Shown here: piece after piece, positions 1-8,747 of the stretch
Numbering within the stretch: the first letter of the stretch is position 1
Layout: each line of letters starts with the position of its first letter
NCBI RefSeq assembly: GCF_000015805.1
Contig: NC_009073.1
Span: forward strand, 210,001-242,000
From: Pyrobaculum calidifontis JCM 11548
GTDB taxonomy: Archaea > Thermoproteota > Thermoprotei > Thermoproteales > Thermoproteaceae
Direction of reading: 5' to 3'
DNA: 32,000 nt
Notes under the pieces: model-generated
What the model was told of the DNA's origin: nothing
The model's input: the letters and a program-made list of their open reading frames with translations, nothing else
The model's database searches: none
Translations under genes and position numbers: made by a program

Positions 1-43
1 GCTCCTCTACGTCTCCCTGGAGGGCCAATATGCCAATTTTCAT
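1..43 (-). CDS. pdxT: PLP synthase glutaminase subunit PdxT, first 14 codons only (gene continues beyond the window start)
   Basis: The ATG at 43-41 overlaps the pdxS TGA stop (ATGA overlap). The reverse complement of 1-43 reads [14 protein letters not shown], a typical PdxT N-terminus, and the pdxS-pdxT order is as expected. Confidence 0.6.
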   Translation of the reverse strand, partial: MKIGILALQGDVEE

Positions 44-1050
44 ACTCCGCGGGTCTGGAGGAGCTCCTCCGGCTTCAGCGCCCTTATGTCTATACCCATC
101 ATTGACGCCTTTTCGCTCACCATCTTCTGCGCCTCGGCCACCGCCTCGGGGTCGTCCCAATACGCCGTGGCCAAGACTATGGCTTCGGCCCTCCTCTCGG
201 GGTCTTGGCTCTTGAATATGCCCGAGCCCACGAAGACGCCGTCTGCCCCCAGCCACATCATAAACGCCGCGTCCGCCGGCGTGGCTATGCCCCCAGCCGC
301 GAAGGTGATGACTGGCACTCTCCCCATGTCCGCCGTCAGCTTCACGACCTCGAGGGGGACTTGGCACCGCCTGGCGTAGTCCCTGAGGTACTCCTCGTCG
401 TCTCTATGCGCCGTAAGGTCCCTCACCGCGCCGTATATGGCCTTGAAGTGCTTCACTGCCTCAGCCACGTTCCCCGTCCCCGCCTCCCCCTTGCTCCTAA
501 TCATTGACGCACCCTCAGAGATCCTCCTCAGCGCCTCGCACAGCTCCCTCGCCCCGTTTACAAAGGGCGTCTTAAACAGCCATTTGTTAATGTGGTGTTG
601 CTCATCCACGGGAGTCAAGACCTCCGACTCGTCTATCAGGTCGACGCCTATCTGCTCCAAGAGGACGGCCTCGTAGAAGTGGCCAATCCTCACCTTGGCC
701 GAGACGGGGATAGTTATGGCGTCCATCACCTCCTCAATTATCTTTAGGTCGGCCATTCTGGCCACGCCTCCGGCCTTCCTAACGTCGTAGGGCAACTTGT
801 CGAGCACCATGACTCCCACTGCCCCGGCCTCCTCAGCCACTTGTGCCTGCTCCACGTTTGTAACATCCATGATAACCCCCCTCCTGAGCATTGCGATAAA
901 GCCCAACTTGACCAGGGGAGTCCCCACCGCCAAGGGCACCTCCGCCGGGTGCCTAAAGCCGGCCTCCCTCAGCCTATCCCTCGCCTCCGCCAGCCTGTAG
1001 AAGAAGTCCCTAATCTTTTCCAATTCCACCACAGCGGGGACAATTGACAT
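40..1050 (-). CDS. pdxS: Pyridoxal 5'-phosphate synthase lyase subunit PdxS
   Basis: The 336-aa ORF carries PdxS/SNZ-family segments: [67 protein letters not shown]-like tttttatagg on the minus strand lies about 20-26 nt upstream of ATG 1050. Confidence 0.95.
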   Translation of the reverse strand: MSIVPAVVELEKIRDFFYRLAEARDRLREAGFRHPAEVPLAVGTPLVKLGFIAMLRRGVIMDVTNVEQAQVAEEAGAVGVMVLDKLPYDVRKAGGVARMADLKIIEEVMDAITIPVSAKVRIGHFYEAVLLEQIGVDLIDESEVLTPVDEQHHINKWLFKTPFVNGARELCEALRRISEGASMIRSKGEAGTGNVAEAVKHFKAIYGAVRDLTAHRDDEEYLRDYARRCQVPLEVVKLTADMGRVPVITFAAGGIATPADAAFMMWLGADGVFVGSGIFKSQDPERRAEAIVLATAYWDDPEAVAEAQKMVSEKASMMGIDIRALKPEELLQTRGV

Positions 1051-1101
1051 ATGTGAACAATGTGCGCCCTATAAAAACGTTATCGCGCCGCGGAGCCCGC
1101 A

Positions 1102-1183
1102 GATTCCCTCCCCATTCCGGGGGGACATCTCCACGGGCCCCAGGGCCATCGGCGGCGGATTCCCTCCCCTTTCTGGGGGGACA
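1102..1183 (+). repeat. Tandem imperfect direct repeat: two 26-nt units (1102-1127 and 1158-1183) with a 56-nt period, each able to form a C-rich/G-rich hairpin
   Basis: Unit 1 is gattccctccccattccggggggaca and unit 2 is gattccctcccctttctggggggaca, identical at 24 of 26 positions. Each folds as CCUCCCC / 5-nt loop / GGGGGG (6 bp including one G-U), which works better on the plus-strand transcript. The repeat sits in the intergenic space between pdxS and ORF 1280. Confidence 0.6.
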
Positions 1184-1279
1184 CATCCGCCTACCTCACA
1201 CATAAGAACTTTGCTCATCTTTAAAAGCCTTGTGATAGACTTCGTAGACGAGAGTGGGGCAAAGTCCTTCTGACACTGC

Positions 1280-1609
1280 GTGGCGCTTGGGGCTGTGGCG
1301 TTTCAGCCGTGGCCCGGCGTGTCCCACCTAGAGCTGGGCAGACACCTCGTAGAGTGCATTAAGAAGATGTTGCGCGTAGGCGGGGAGCTGAAGTGGCGCG
1401 ACGTGGTTAGGAGGGGTAGGCCGGAGGCCATCCTCGCCCTCATTCAAGCCGCGGCTGAGGTGAGGTACACAGCGTTCCACTACACGGGTGAGGCAAAGCT
1501 GGCGGCTAGGCTGGAGGAGCTCGTCCGGGGGGCCGACCTAGTGGTGTTGGACAACCAGCTGTTGCCCAGGGGCCTTAAGGTCGGAGTTAAAACGGTCGAG
1601 CGCGACTGA
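1280..1609 (+). CDS. Hypothetical protein (109 aa from GTG 1280; alternative ATG at 1367)
   Basis: The ORF has host-like codon usage (AGG/GAG/AAG rich) and no competing ORF. I recognised no family motif. A TATA-like ctttaaaagcc lies at 1219-1229. Confidence 0.35.
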   Translation: MALGAVAFQPWPGVSHLELGRHLVECIKKMLRVGGELKWRDVVRRGRPEAILALIQAAAEVRYTAFHYTGEAKLAARLEELVRGADLVVLDNQLLPRGLKVGVKTVERD

Positions 1610-1625
1610 CACCGTGCAGGCGGGG

Positions 1626-2966
1626 CTAGGAGTCTAGCAGGGTGCCCATGATGTTGAGGGGCCGGAAGACGTAGTCCTTTAGGTAGTGGGTGTAACTAGC
1701 TCTGTGAATGCCTAAGATGTAAGAGACACCGGCATTTGCGTCGGTTACCACAGTGGAGACGTAGTTGGCTTTTCCTCCATATACCTGGAAGCCGAAGCCA
1801 ACGTGAAGTCGTTTTATCAGCTCTGAGTAGGGATAACCCAGCTTATTGATAATGCCTCCCACAGGCCAGCCTCCCACGTGGATGCTTCCGCTTACGTCTA
1901 TTAAGGGCTCATTAACGAGCATGTCGACCCATCTTAGCATATTTGCATCACCGCCCTTTCCGTCTATCCCTTGTAAATACCTACTCTCGCTTATCTGGGT
2001 AGAGCTGAAGATCTCTGCTGGCAGATTGCCCACGGACCTCAGGGCGATGCTCCCGTTTTCAAAACCAAGGTTGAGTAGGTATAAGTCTGCTCTCTCGTCA
2101 ACTACTCCGCATGTGTTTAAATCGTAGACGTCGTATACTATGTACCTCCAAATAGTTGAATAGAACATTATTGCAGCTGACTCGTCTAAGCCCTTAAAGA
2201 TATATGTTCTGCCGCCCTCTATGTTGAGGTTGCCAGTACTCCAGCTCTGTTCGCCAGTTATCCTCATCTGTGTTCCAAAGCCCAGCGACAAGCCCCCGTA
2301 TACGTTAAACTTGAGGGCGCTTCCGTTGACAATGTAAGAGAAGTCTATATACTCTCCAAATGCTTTGCTTGACGTGTCCCTCAACGCCACTGCGGGGACG
2401 TAGTTGCTTAAGTTAATGTCCGAAACGTAAACTACTTTCGCCTCTGGGCATGTTGCGAAGTACGAAGACTTGTTCTGCTTCTTCTGCTGTCCGTGGATTT
2501 TGTACTTTTTGTTCTTAAGCTTGGGCTTAGCGACGATGTCGGCGTAGGGGAGGAACTCAGCTGTGAGCGAGGTTGGAAGCACTGCGAAGAGGGTGTTCTC
2601 GGTCTCTAGGGGCTGGTCCCTCTCCTTTAGCCAGTCCCTCCACCTGTCTACGCGCTCTTTTACTCGCTTCTTGTCGAGCTCCAGCCTCCCCCCGCGTATG
2701 GCCACTTCCTCCACCTCGCCGTCGGGCTCCCATAGGAGGAAGGCCGTGAAGTCCACGGGGTTATCTGCCTCGTCTACGAACTCTAGGACTACCTTGTCGT
2801 CTGAGGGCTCCTCCGCCAAGGCCTCGAACCAGGCGCTCTTCTCTCTCACGGGGCTACTGTCCGCCGCCTCGCCTCCTTCTGTTAAGAGCTTCCACGCCAA
2901 GCCCCCACCCACGGCGGCAGATAGGCCCAGGATACCCCAGGTGAGGAATTTTCTTCTCGTAACCAT
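1626..2966 (-). CDS. Secreted or membrane-anchored hypothetical protein with a twin-arginine (Tat) signal, 446 aa
   Basis: The N-terminus MVTRRKFLTWGILGLSAAVGGGLAWKLL matches the Tat consensus (T-R-R-x-F-L) followed by a hydrophobic segment. The remainder is beta-rich (G/S/N/Y-rich) with no motif I recognise. The C-terminal two thirds has clearly lower GC than the neighbouring genes. Confidence 0.7.
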   Translation of the reverse strand: MVTRRKFLTWGILGLSAAVGGGLAWKLLTEGGEAADSSPVREKSAWFEALAEEPSDDKVVLEFVDEADNPVDFTAFLLWEPDGEVEEVAIRGGRLELDKKRVKERVDRWRDWLKERDQPLETENTLFAVLPTSLTAEFLPYADIVAKPKLKNKKYKIHGQQKKQNKSSYFATCPEAKVVYVSDINLSNYVPAVALRDTSSKAFGEYIDFSYIVNGSALKFNVYGGLSLGFGTQMRITGEQSWSTGNLNIEGGRTYIFKGLDESAAIMFYSTIWRYIVYDVYDLNTCGVVDERADLYLLNLGFENGSIALRSVGNLPAEIFSSTQISESRYLQGIDGKGGDANMLRWVDMLVNEPLIDVSGSIHVGGWPVGGIINKLGYPYSELIKRLHVGFGFQVYGGKANYVSTVVTDANAGVSYILGIHRASYTHYLKDYVFRPLNIMGTLLDS

Positions 2967-3074
2967 AGGTCACTTTCTGTAGCGTTTTTTTTCTTTCGTT
3001 GTACAATTGCCTAAAGAATTTTTGGTTGTTGCCTAAATTTGCTGTGGGGCTCAGGTGCGGGGAGTAGTTATGTT

Positions 3075-3088
3075 AAAAGTTTATATAT
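3075..3088 (+). promoter_or_regulatory. BRE/TATA element of the aEF-2 gene (leaderless transcript)
   Basis: The sequence is aaaagtttatatat. The TATA core is centred about 24-25 nt upstream of ATG 3108. Confidence 0.6.
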
Positions 3089-3107
3089 GTGTGGGTGTGG
3101 GGGGCTC

Positions 3108-5330
3108 ATGTCGTCTGCTGTCAGGATTGTGGAGAAGCAGTTGGATGAGATTCTGGCTATTGCGAGGAACCCGGCGCAGATTAGGAACGCGGGCACTTTG
3201 GCGCATGTGGACCACGGGAAGACCACAACCACCGACTCTCTGCTCATGGGTGCTGGCCTTCTGTCGCCTAAGGTGGCGGGTAAGGCCTTGGCGATGGACT
3301 ACGTGCCTATTGAGCAGTTGCGCCAGATGACGGTTAAGGCGGCTAACATCTCGCTGTACTTCGAGTATGGGGGTAAGCCCTACTTGATCAACTTCGTCGA
3401 TACGCCGGGCCACGTGGACTTCACTGGCCACGTCACTAGGTCGCTGAGGGTCATGGATGGGGGGCTTGTGGTAGTGGACGCCGTGGAGGGGGTTATGACG
3501 CAGACGGAGACTGTGGTGAGGCAGGCTCTGGAGGAGTACGTGAGGCCTGTCCTCTTTATAAATAAGATCGACCGCCTTATCAAGGAGCTCAGGCTCTCGC
3601 CTCAGGAGATACAGCAGCGGATATTGTCAATTGTCAAAGACTTCAACGCGTTGATCGACATGTTTGCCCCGCCTGAGTTTAAAGACAAGTGGAAGATTGA
3701 CCCCGGGAAGGGCCAGATGGCGATGGGCTCGGCGTTGCACAAGTGGGGCATCACGATCCCCATGGCGCAGAAGGCTGGGATTAAGTTCAGCAACATTGTG
3801 GACGCCTATGAGAAGGGCTATGTGGACAAGCTTGCTGAGGAGTTCCCCTTGTACAAGACCCTCCTCACTATGATCATTGAGCACGTGCCTCCGCCGAACG
3901 TGGCGCAGAAGTATAGAATTCCCAGGCTTTGGCGCGGCGACTTGAACAGCGAGGTGGGCAAGGCCCTCCTCGAGGCTGATCCAAACGGCCCCACAGTCAT
4001 CGCGGTGAGCAAGGTTAACAAGGACCCGCACGCCGGCTTAATTGCCACGGGCCGCGTCTTCTCTGGCACAATTAGGGAGGGCGACGAGATCTACATAATT
4101 GGCAGGAAGATGAAGAAGAAGGTTCTCCAGACCTACATCTACATGGGCCCCACGAGGATCATCGTCCCCTATATGCCCGCGGGCAACATAGTGGCGCTCA
4201 TGGGCGTAGACGAGGCGAGGGCAGGCGACACCCTCGTCACGCCCTCTCTCGCGGATATACCGCCCTTCGAGAGGATGAGGTACATATCTGAGCCCGTGGT
4301 GACCGTGGCTATCGAGCCCAAGAACCCCGCCGAGTTGGCCCGCCTCGTCGAGGCTTTGAAGGACTTGGTAATCGAAGACCCCACCCTCGACCTCAAGATT
4401 GACCAGGAGACTGGGCAAATACTCCTATCGGGCGTTGGCACCCTCCACTTGGAGATAGCAACGTGGTTGCTCAAGGAGAGGACTAAGGTTGAGTTCTCAG
4501 TGTCGCCGCCGTTGATACGCTTCAGAGAAACGGTGAGAGAGAGGTCGCAGGTCTGGGAGGGCAAGTCGCCGAATAAGCACAACCGCCTCTACTTCTACGT
4601 CGAGCCCCTCGACGAGACCACCGTCGAGCTGATCGCCACGAGGGAGATCACAGAGGAGCAAGACCCCAGGGAGAGGGCGAAGATCCTCAGAGAGAAGGCC
4701 GGCTGGGACACAGACGAGGCCAGGGGAGTCTGGGCCATCGACGACAGGTACTTCAACGTAATTGTGGACAAGACCACCGGTATCCAGTACTTGAGAGAGA
4801 TTAGGGACTACATCATACAGGGCTTTAGGTGGGCCATGGAGGCCGGGCCGCTGGCGCAGGAGCCCATAAGAGGCGTAAAAGTCGTCTTGGTGGACGCGGT
4901 GGTGCACGAAGACCCTGCCCACCGCGGACCGGCGCAGATTATGCCGGCGACAAAGAACGCCATCTTCGCCGCCTTCCTCTCCGCCAGGCCCACTATATTG
5001 GAGCCGCTGGTTAGGCTAGACATCAAGGTGGCCCCCGACTATATCGGCGCGGTTACGTCTGTGATAAACAAGCACAGGGGTAAAATCCTCGACATGACGC
5101 AGCAGGAGTACATGGCGTTTCTAAGGGCCGAACTGCCCGTGTTGGAGTCTTTCACAATAAGCGACGAGCTCCGCGCCGCTGCGGCTGGGAAGATCTTCTG
5201 GTCAATGCAGTTCTCCAGGTGGGCGCCGTACCCAGAGTCCATGCTCGCGGACTTCGTAAAACAGCTCCGGAAGAAGAAGGGGCTGAAGGAGGAGATACCG
5301 AAGCCCACGGACTTCGTTGAGGCTTTTTAG
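3108..5330 (+). CDS. fusA: Translation elongation factor aEF-2 (740 aa)
   Basis: GTPase motifs are AHVDHGKTT, DTPGHVDF and NKIDR. The diphthamide-region motif is VHEDPAHRG. The start is set at ATG 3108 (MSSAVRIVEKQLDEI...) because of the TATA spacing; the ORF-track start at TTG 3039 adds a non-homologous extension. Confidence 0.95.
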   Translation: MSSAVRIVEKQLDEILAIARNPAQIRNAGTLAHVDHGKTTTTDSLLMGAGLLSPKVAGKALAMDYVPIEQLRQMTVKAANISLYFEYGGKPYLINFVDTPGHVDFTGHVTRSLRVMDGGLVVVDAVEGVMTQTETVVRQALEEYVRPVLFINKIDRLIKELRLSPQEIQQRILSIVKDFNALIDMFAPPEFKDKWKIDPGKGQMAMGSALHKWGITIPMAQKAGIKFSNIVDAYEKGYVDKLAEEFPLYKTLLTMIIEHVPPPNVAQKYRIPRLWRGDLNSEVGKALLEADPNGPTVIAVSKVNKDPHAGLIATGRVFSGTIREGDEIYIIGRKMKKKVLQTYIYMGPTRIIVPYMPAGNIVALMGVDEARAGDTLVTPSLADIPPFERMRYISEPVVTVAIEPKNPAELARLVEALKDLVIEDPTLDLKIDQETGQILLSGVGTLHLEIATWLLKERTKVEFSVSPPLIRFRETVRERSQVWEGKSPNKHNRLYFYVEPLDETTVELIATREITEEQDPRERAKILREKAGWDTDEARGVWAIDDRYFNVIVDKTTGIQYLREIRDYIIQGFRWAMEAGPLAQEPIRGVKVVLVDAVVHEDPAHRGPAQIMPATKNAIFAAFLSARPTILEPLVRLDIKVAPDYIGAVTSVINKHRGKILDMTQQEYMAFLRAELPVLESFTISDELRAAAAGKIFWSMQFSRWAPYPESMLADFVKQLRKKKGLKEEIPKPTDFVEAF

Positions 5331-5380
5331 TCAGCTTAGAAACACCTCTTCACCTCTCGCGTCACGGCCGTTTCATCACC
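5331..5380 (-). ncRNA. C/D box sRNA (2'-O-methylation guide), canonical dual-guide architecture
   Basis: The minus strand reads G-GUGAUGA(C)-AACGGCCGUGAC(12 nt)-GCGA(D')-GAG-GUGAAGA(C')-GGUGUUUCUAAG(12 nt)-CUGA(D). The 12-nt guide spacing is exact on both halves. The gene is intergenic, and its D box starts 1 nt after the aEF-2 stop codon on the opposite strand. AT-rich TATA-like sequence lies upstream at 5394-5412. Confidence 0.8.
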
Positions 5381-5422
5381 CTTTTGGCAGAACTGTTTTA
5401 AATAGAAATTTTTTGTTATGCC

Positions 5423-6436
5423 ATGTCAATAAGGGCCTTATTGGCAACGCTCATAGTCGTCGCCGTGTTGATAGTGGCCTTTTTGGCTCTTCAATCCCTT
5501 CAACAGCCGCCAAAGAGGCTTGTCATCGTCGGCCCGGCTGGGATCAGCGACTTGGGGAAGGCGCTTGCGAAAAAGTTCAGCGAGAAGTACGGCGTCAACG
5601 CCACCTTTGTGCCCCTGGGCGGCGCGGTGGAGATGGTGAACGAGCTTGTGCGCGCCAAGGACAACCCGCCTTGGGACGTGGCCATCGGTGTGCCGGAGTT
5701 CTACTACACCGTGCTCATCGAACAGGGGGTCTTGTACTGCCCTGGGCTAAAGGTGGAGGGCGTCCCGGCAGAGGAGTTTTGGGACCCCCACGGCTGTGTA
5801 TACCCCCTGGACAAGTCATACATAGGCATTGTCTACAACGAGTCCGCCTTGGCCAAGCTCGGCCTACCGCCGCCGCAGACCCTCGACGACTTGTTAAAGC
5901 CTGAGTACAAGGGGCTTATCGCCTATCCCAACCCCGTGCAGTCGGGGACGGGCCTCGCCGTCTTGTCGTGGATTATGTCTGTCAAGGGCGAGGAGGAGGG
6001 ATGGCGCTTCTTGAAGCAGCTCGCCGGGCAAATAGCCAAGGTGGGGTACCCCAGCGGCTTTACCTCGCTAAGGAACGCCCTGAAGAGGGGGGACGTGGTC
6101 ATTGCCCTCTCCTGGTACAGCCACGCCATTGACCCAGGCACGCCTCATATGAGGGCCGCCACGTACAGTGCGTTTTTGTACAGAGAGGGGGTGGCTGTGT
6201 TGAAGAACGCCAAGAACCGCGACCTCGCTGTGGAGTTTGTAAAATTTGCCTTGAGCAAGGAGGGGCAGGACTTGGTCGATCCCTACAACTATATGTTGCC
6301 AGTCCGCCCAGACGCCGTGGTGGAAAACAACAAGGGGTTGCCCCAGCCTCAGACAGTTGTGGTGTACAACCCCGCCCTGGGGTCTAAGGCCGACGAGTGG
6401 AGACTTAGATGGCAGAGAGAGATAGCCTCCGGGTAA
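5423..6436 (+). CDS. ABC transporter substrate-binding protein (family-1 SBP, thiamine/Fe3+-binding-protein-like), N-terminally membrane anchored
   Basis: The 337-aa ORF has an N-terminal hydrophobic anchor (LLATLIVVAVLIVAFLAL). Its overall pattern resembles TbpA/FbpA-type binding proteins, and a fused two-domain permease follows. TATA gttttaaatag lies about 22 nt upstream of ATG 5423. Confidence 0.75.
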   Translation: MSIRALLATLIVVAVLIVAFLALQSLQQPPKRLVIVGPAGISDLGKALAKKFSEKYGVNATFVPLGGAVEMVNELVRAKDNPPWDVAIGVPEFYYTVLIEQGVLYCPGLKVEGVPAEEFWDPHGCVYPLDKSYIGIVYNESALAKLGLPPPQTLDDLLKPEYKGLIAYPNPVQSGTGLAVLSWIMSVKGEEEGWRFLKQLAGQIAKVGYPSGFTSLRNALKRGDVVIALSWYSHAIDPGTPHMRAATYSAFLYREGVAVLKNAKNRDLAVEFVKFALSKEGQDLVDPYNYMLPVRPDAVVENNKGLPQPQTVVVYNPALGSKADEWRLRWQREIASG

Positions 6437-7833
6437 TCCCACTCCTTTTTTTGACGGCTTTTCTCGCCCCGTACCTCATCCTACTCGCCAGATACGGCAT
6501 AGCGTTTGCGGTAGACGAGTACACGCTCTGGGTTTTTTTCTTTACGCTCGCCCAGGCGTTGGCCTCGGCGGCCTTCTCAGTGGTGGCCGGGCTAGCCCTA
6601 CTTCCCATATACGTGAGGGCGCCCGCCTTGAAGCCCGTGGTCATGGTGCCCTTCTTTGCCCCCGCCCTTTCCACTGTGGATGCGCTTATCCGCATGTTGG
6701 GCGACGTGATGTACAGCCCCTGGGGCATAGTCATTGCCCACGTGGTCTACTACGCGCCATACGCGGCCCTTCTGATGGAGTCAAATCTGCGCTCGATCCC
6801 CGCCGACATTTTAGACGCGGCGGAGATATACGCCAGACGCCTCTCGACGAAGGCCAGGGTCATCTTCACAGAGCTGAAGCCCTCCCTGGCCTACTCCTTT
6901 TACACAATCTTCGTGTTTAGCTTTCTCACATTTACCACGCCTCTCCTCCTCGGCGGACGCTATCCAACGCTAGAGCTCTTGGTCTACCTATACGCCACCT
7001 CCTTTGCCTCAACTCAGCTTGTGTCAACCGTGGTCTTGATCACGCTCCTCTCCTCCCTAGCCCTCGCACTTCCCTTCTTCAAGTTGCCCACGTTGCCGCC
7101 AGCCGAGCCCTCGCCGCGGGCACCGAAGCTGGGCCTCCCCGCCGTGTTGCCCTCTCTGCCCCTCGCCCTCTTCTACCTAGCGCTGGCGGCCTACCTAGTC
7201 CTCCCAGCGGCGTCTCCCAGGGGGCTAGAGGGGGCGTGGACGCCGTTGGTCAACAGCCTACTAGTGGCGCTGGCATCCTCCGCAATTTCGCTGGCCCTCG
7301 CAGTGTCCTTCCTCTTCTCGGACGTAGTGGGCTCCAGACTGCCTGCGGTCTCCTACGTCGCCGCCATTTCGCTTTCGAAGAGCCTCTTCGCAATAGGCTT
7401 CTTCCACCTGGCCCAGCCCCTCTACGGCACTCTGCCAATCCTCCTCGTGGCCCACGTGTTCGTAATCACGCCCCTCGTCTACTCCATCGTCAAGCCGGCC
7501 TTTGAGAAAATTAGGCAAGACGCCAGAGAGGCCTGCCTACTCTACCTAGGGCCAGTCAGATGTGTGGCTAGGATTCTCTCGGAGGCTCTGGGCCCCACAA
7601 TTGTCCAGGCGTGGCTCGTGGCCCTCGCCTCGTCGATATCTGAGACAACGCTCGCCTTCATCTTGACCACCGGCGCCGCCTCCACGCTGTCGGCGGAGGC
7701 CGCCAGGCTTTTGACCTCGCGGGCCCCCGACCTAATTGAGACAGGGCACTTCTACTCCTCGCTTATGGCAGTCATCGTCTTGGCGACTCTGGCCCTCTCA
7801 AGGCTTGTAAAAACCAAGCCCTACGCCTTCTGA
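6409..7833 (+). CDS. ABC transporter permease, fused two-domain type (ThiP/FbpB-like)
   Basis: The 474-aa ORF is very hydrophobic, with roughly 12 TM segments by eye. Its start overlaps the SBP gene by 28 nt, which suggests an operon. Confidence 0.8.
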   Translation: MAERDSLRVIPLLFLTAFLAPYLILLARYGIAFAVDEYTLWVFFFTLAQALASAAFSVVAGLALLPIYVRAPALKPVVMVPFFAPALSTVDALIRMLGDVMYSPWGIVIAHVVYYAPYAALLMESNLRSIPADILDAAEIYARRLSTKARVIFTELKPSLAYSFYTIFVFSFLTFTTPLLLGGRYPTLELLVYLYATSFASTQLVSTVVLITLLSSLALALPFFKLPTLPPAEPSPRAPKLGLPAVLPSLPLALFYLALAAYLVLPAASPRGLEGAWTPLVNSLLVALASSAISLALAVSFLFSDVVGSRLPAVSYVAAISLSKSLFAIGFFHLAQPLYGTLPILLVAHVFVITPLVYSIVKPAFEKIRQDAREACLLYLGPVRCVARILSEALGPTIVQAWLVALASSISETTLAFILTTGAASTLSAEAARLLTSRAPDLIETGHFYSSLMAVIVLATLALSRLVKTKPYAF

Positions 7834-8747
7834 GGAAAGCAGACCCCCTTGGAGACCTTAAAGCGTATAGTGGACGAGGCCGGGGGCTTGGCCAAGATGA
7901 GCCGCACGGCGGCTTCGCCCACCACTGCCACTACCTCGTATCTCCCAGCCCTGTACCACACGCCGACGACCTTCCCCTCGAGCGGGCCCTCCTCCTCTAC
8001 GTCCCAGGGGCGGAAGTAGAGGTATCCACACGGCGCCTTTAACACGTTGGAGTAGCCCAAGAGCTTGGCCACGTGGGGAGAGGGCGGGTTTTCAAAAAGC
8101 TCAACCGCCTTTCCCTCGGCCGCCACTTTGCCCCCCATGACCACCACCACCCGCTCCGAGATGTAGGTGGCCTCCTCGAAGTCGTGTGTGACGTACAGCA
8201 CGGTCCTCCCCCTCGCCACCTCGTATATGTAGGGCAGAAGCTCGTTTTTAAGAGGCGCGTCGAGGGCCGTGAGCGGCTCGTCTAAGAGGAGCACCTCGGG
8301 CTCCACCACGAGGGCCCTCGCCAGCGCAACCCTCTGCTGTTGTCCCCGGCTAAGCTCCGAGGGGTACCTCCCCTCAAGCCCCCCAAGCCCAACTTTCTCA
8401 AGGACGTGCCTCGCCTTCTCAAACGCCTCGCTCTTCCTCACGCCGCGGGAGAGGAGGGGCTCAGCCACGTTTTCCAACACGGTTAGAGAGGGGAAGAGGG
8501 CTGGGCTTTGAAACACGACCCCCACCCCCCTGGCCCATGGCGGCTTGCAGGTGACGTCTTTCCCGCCTATGTAGACCCGCCCCTTGTCAGGCCTGAGGAG
8601 CCCCGCCACTATCCTCAAAAGCGTGGACTTGCCGCTCCCCGAGGGGCCTAAGACGGCGACGCGGCCCCCCCTCTCTACCTCTAGGTCAATGGGGCCGAGG
8701 AAAAATCCGCCGAGCCGCTTCTCGACGCCTCTAAGCGATATGGCCAT
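7821..8747 (-). CDS. ABC transporter ATP-binding protein (CysA/PotA/FbpC/ThiQ-like, with a C-terminal regulatory extension)
   Basis: Motifs are Walker A GPSGSGKST, signature LSRGQQQRVALARA, Walker B LLLDEPLTALD and H-loop VTHD. The start is set at ATG 8747 (MAISLRGVEK...), which overlaps the stop of the upstream gene (TAATG). The gene is convergent with the permease gene and overlaps it by 13 nt. Confidence 0.9.
   Translation of the reverse strand: MAISLRGVEKRLGGFFLGPIDLEVERGGRVAVLGPSGSGKSTLLRIVAGLLRPDKGRVYIGGKDVTCKPPWARGVGVVFQSPALFPSLTVLENVAEPLLSRGVRKSEAFEKARHVLEKVGLGGLEGRYPSELSRGQQQRVALARALVVEPEVLLLDEPLTALDAPLKNELLPYIYEVARGRTVLYVTHDFEEATYISERVVVVMGGKVAAEGKAVELFENPPSPHVAKLLGYSNVLKAPCGYLYFRPWDVEEEGPLEGKVVGVWYRAGRYEVVAVVGEAAVRLILAKPPASSTIRFKVSKGVCFPQKA

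Noticed and set aside
304-311. GUGAUGA matches inside coding regions (for example 304-310 in pdxS antisense, 20400-20406 in the permease gene)
   Set aside because: No CUGA D box lies at a compatible distance and no D'/C' boxes are present. These are chance occurrences within genes.
1102-1192. Possibility that the two 26-nt repeats are a minimal CRISPR array
   Set aside because: There are only two units, and they have loop-region differences. The spacer of about 30 nt is short for crenarchaeal arrays. The repeat does not resemble the AT-rich 24-25-nt repeats I associate with Thermoproteales, and there are no cas genes or leader. It is kept as an unexplained repeat instead.
1232-1273. C/D-box-like pattern GUGAUAG...CUGA upstream of ORF 1280
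   Set aside because: The C box lacks the second GA. The distance between boxes is 31 nt, too short for dual guides, and no D'/C' is recognisable.
3039-3107. N-terminal extension of aEF-2 from TTG 3039 given in the ORF track
   Set aside because: The extension (MLWGSGAGSSYVKSLYMCGCGGL) covers the TATA box at 3075-3088 and is not part of the EF-2 family N-terminus. ATG 3108 has ideal leaderless spacing.
5317-5904. A 195-aa plus-strand ORF spanning the aEF-2/SBP intergenic region and the SBP gene
   Set aside because: It crosses the C/D sRNA and the promoter region, is out of frame with the SBP gene, and has an Arg/Gly-rich composition.
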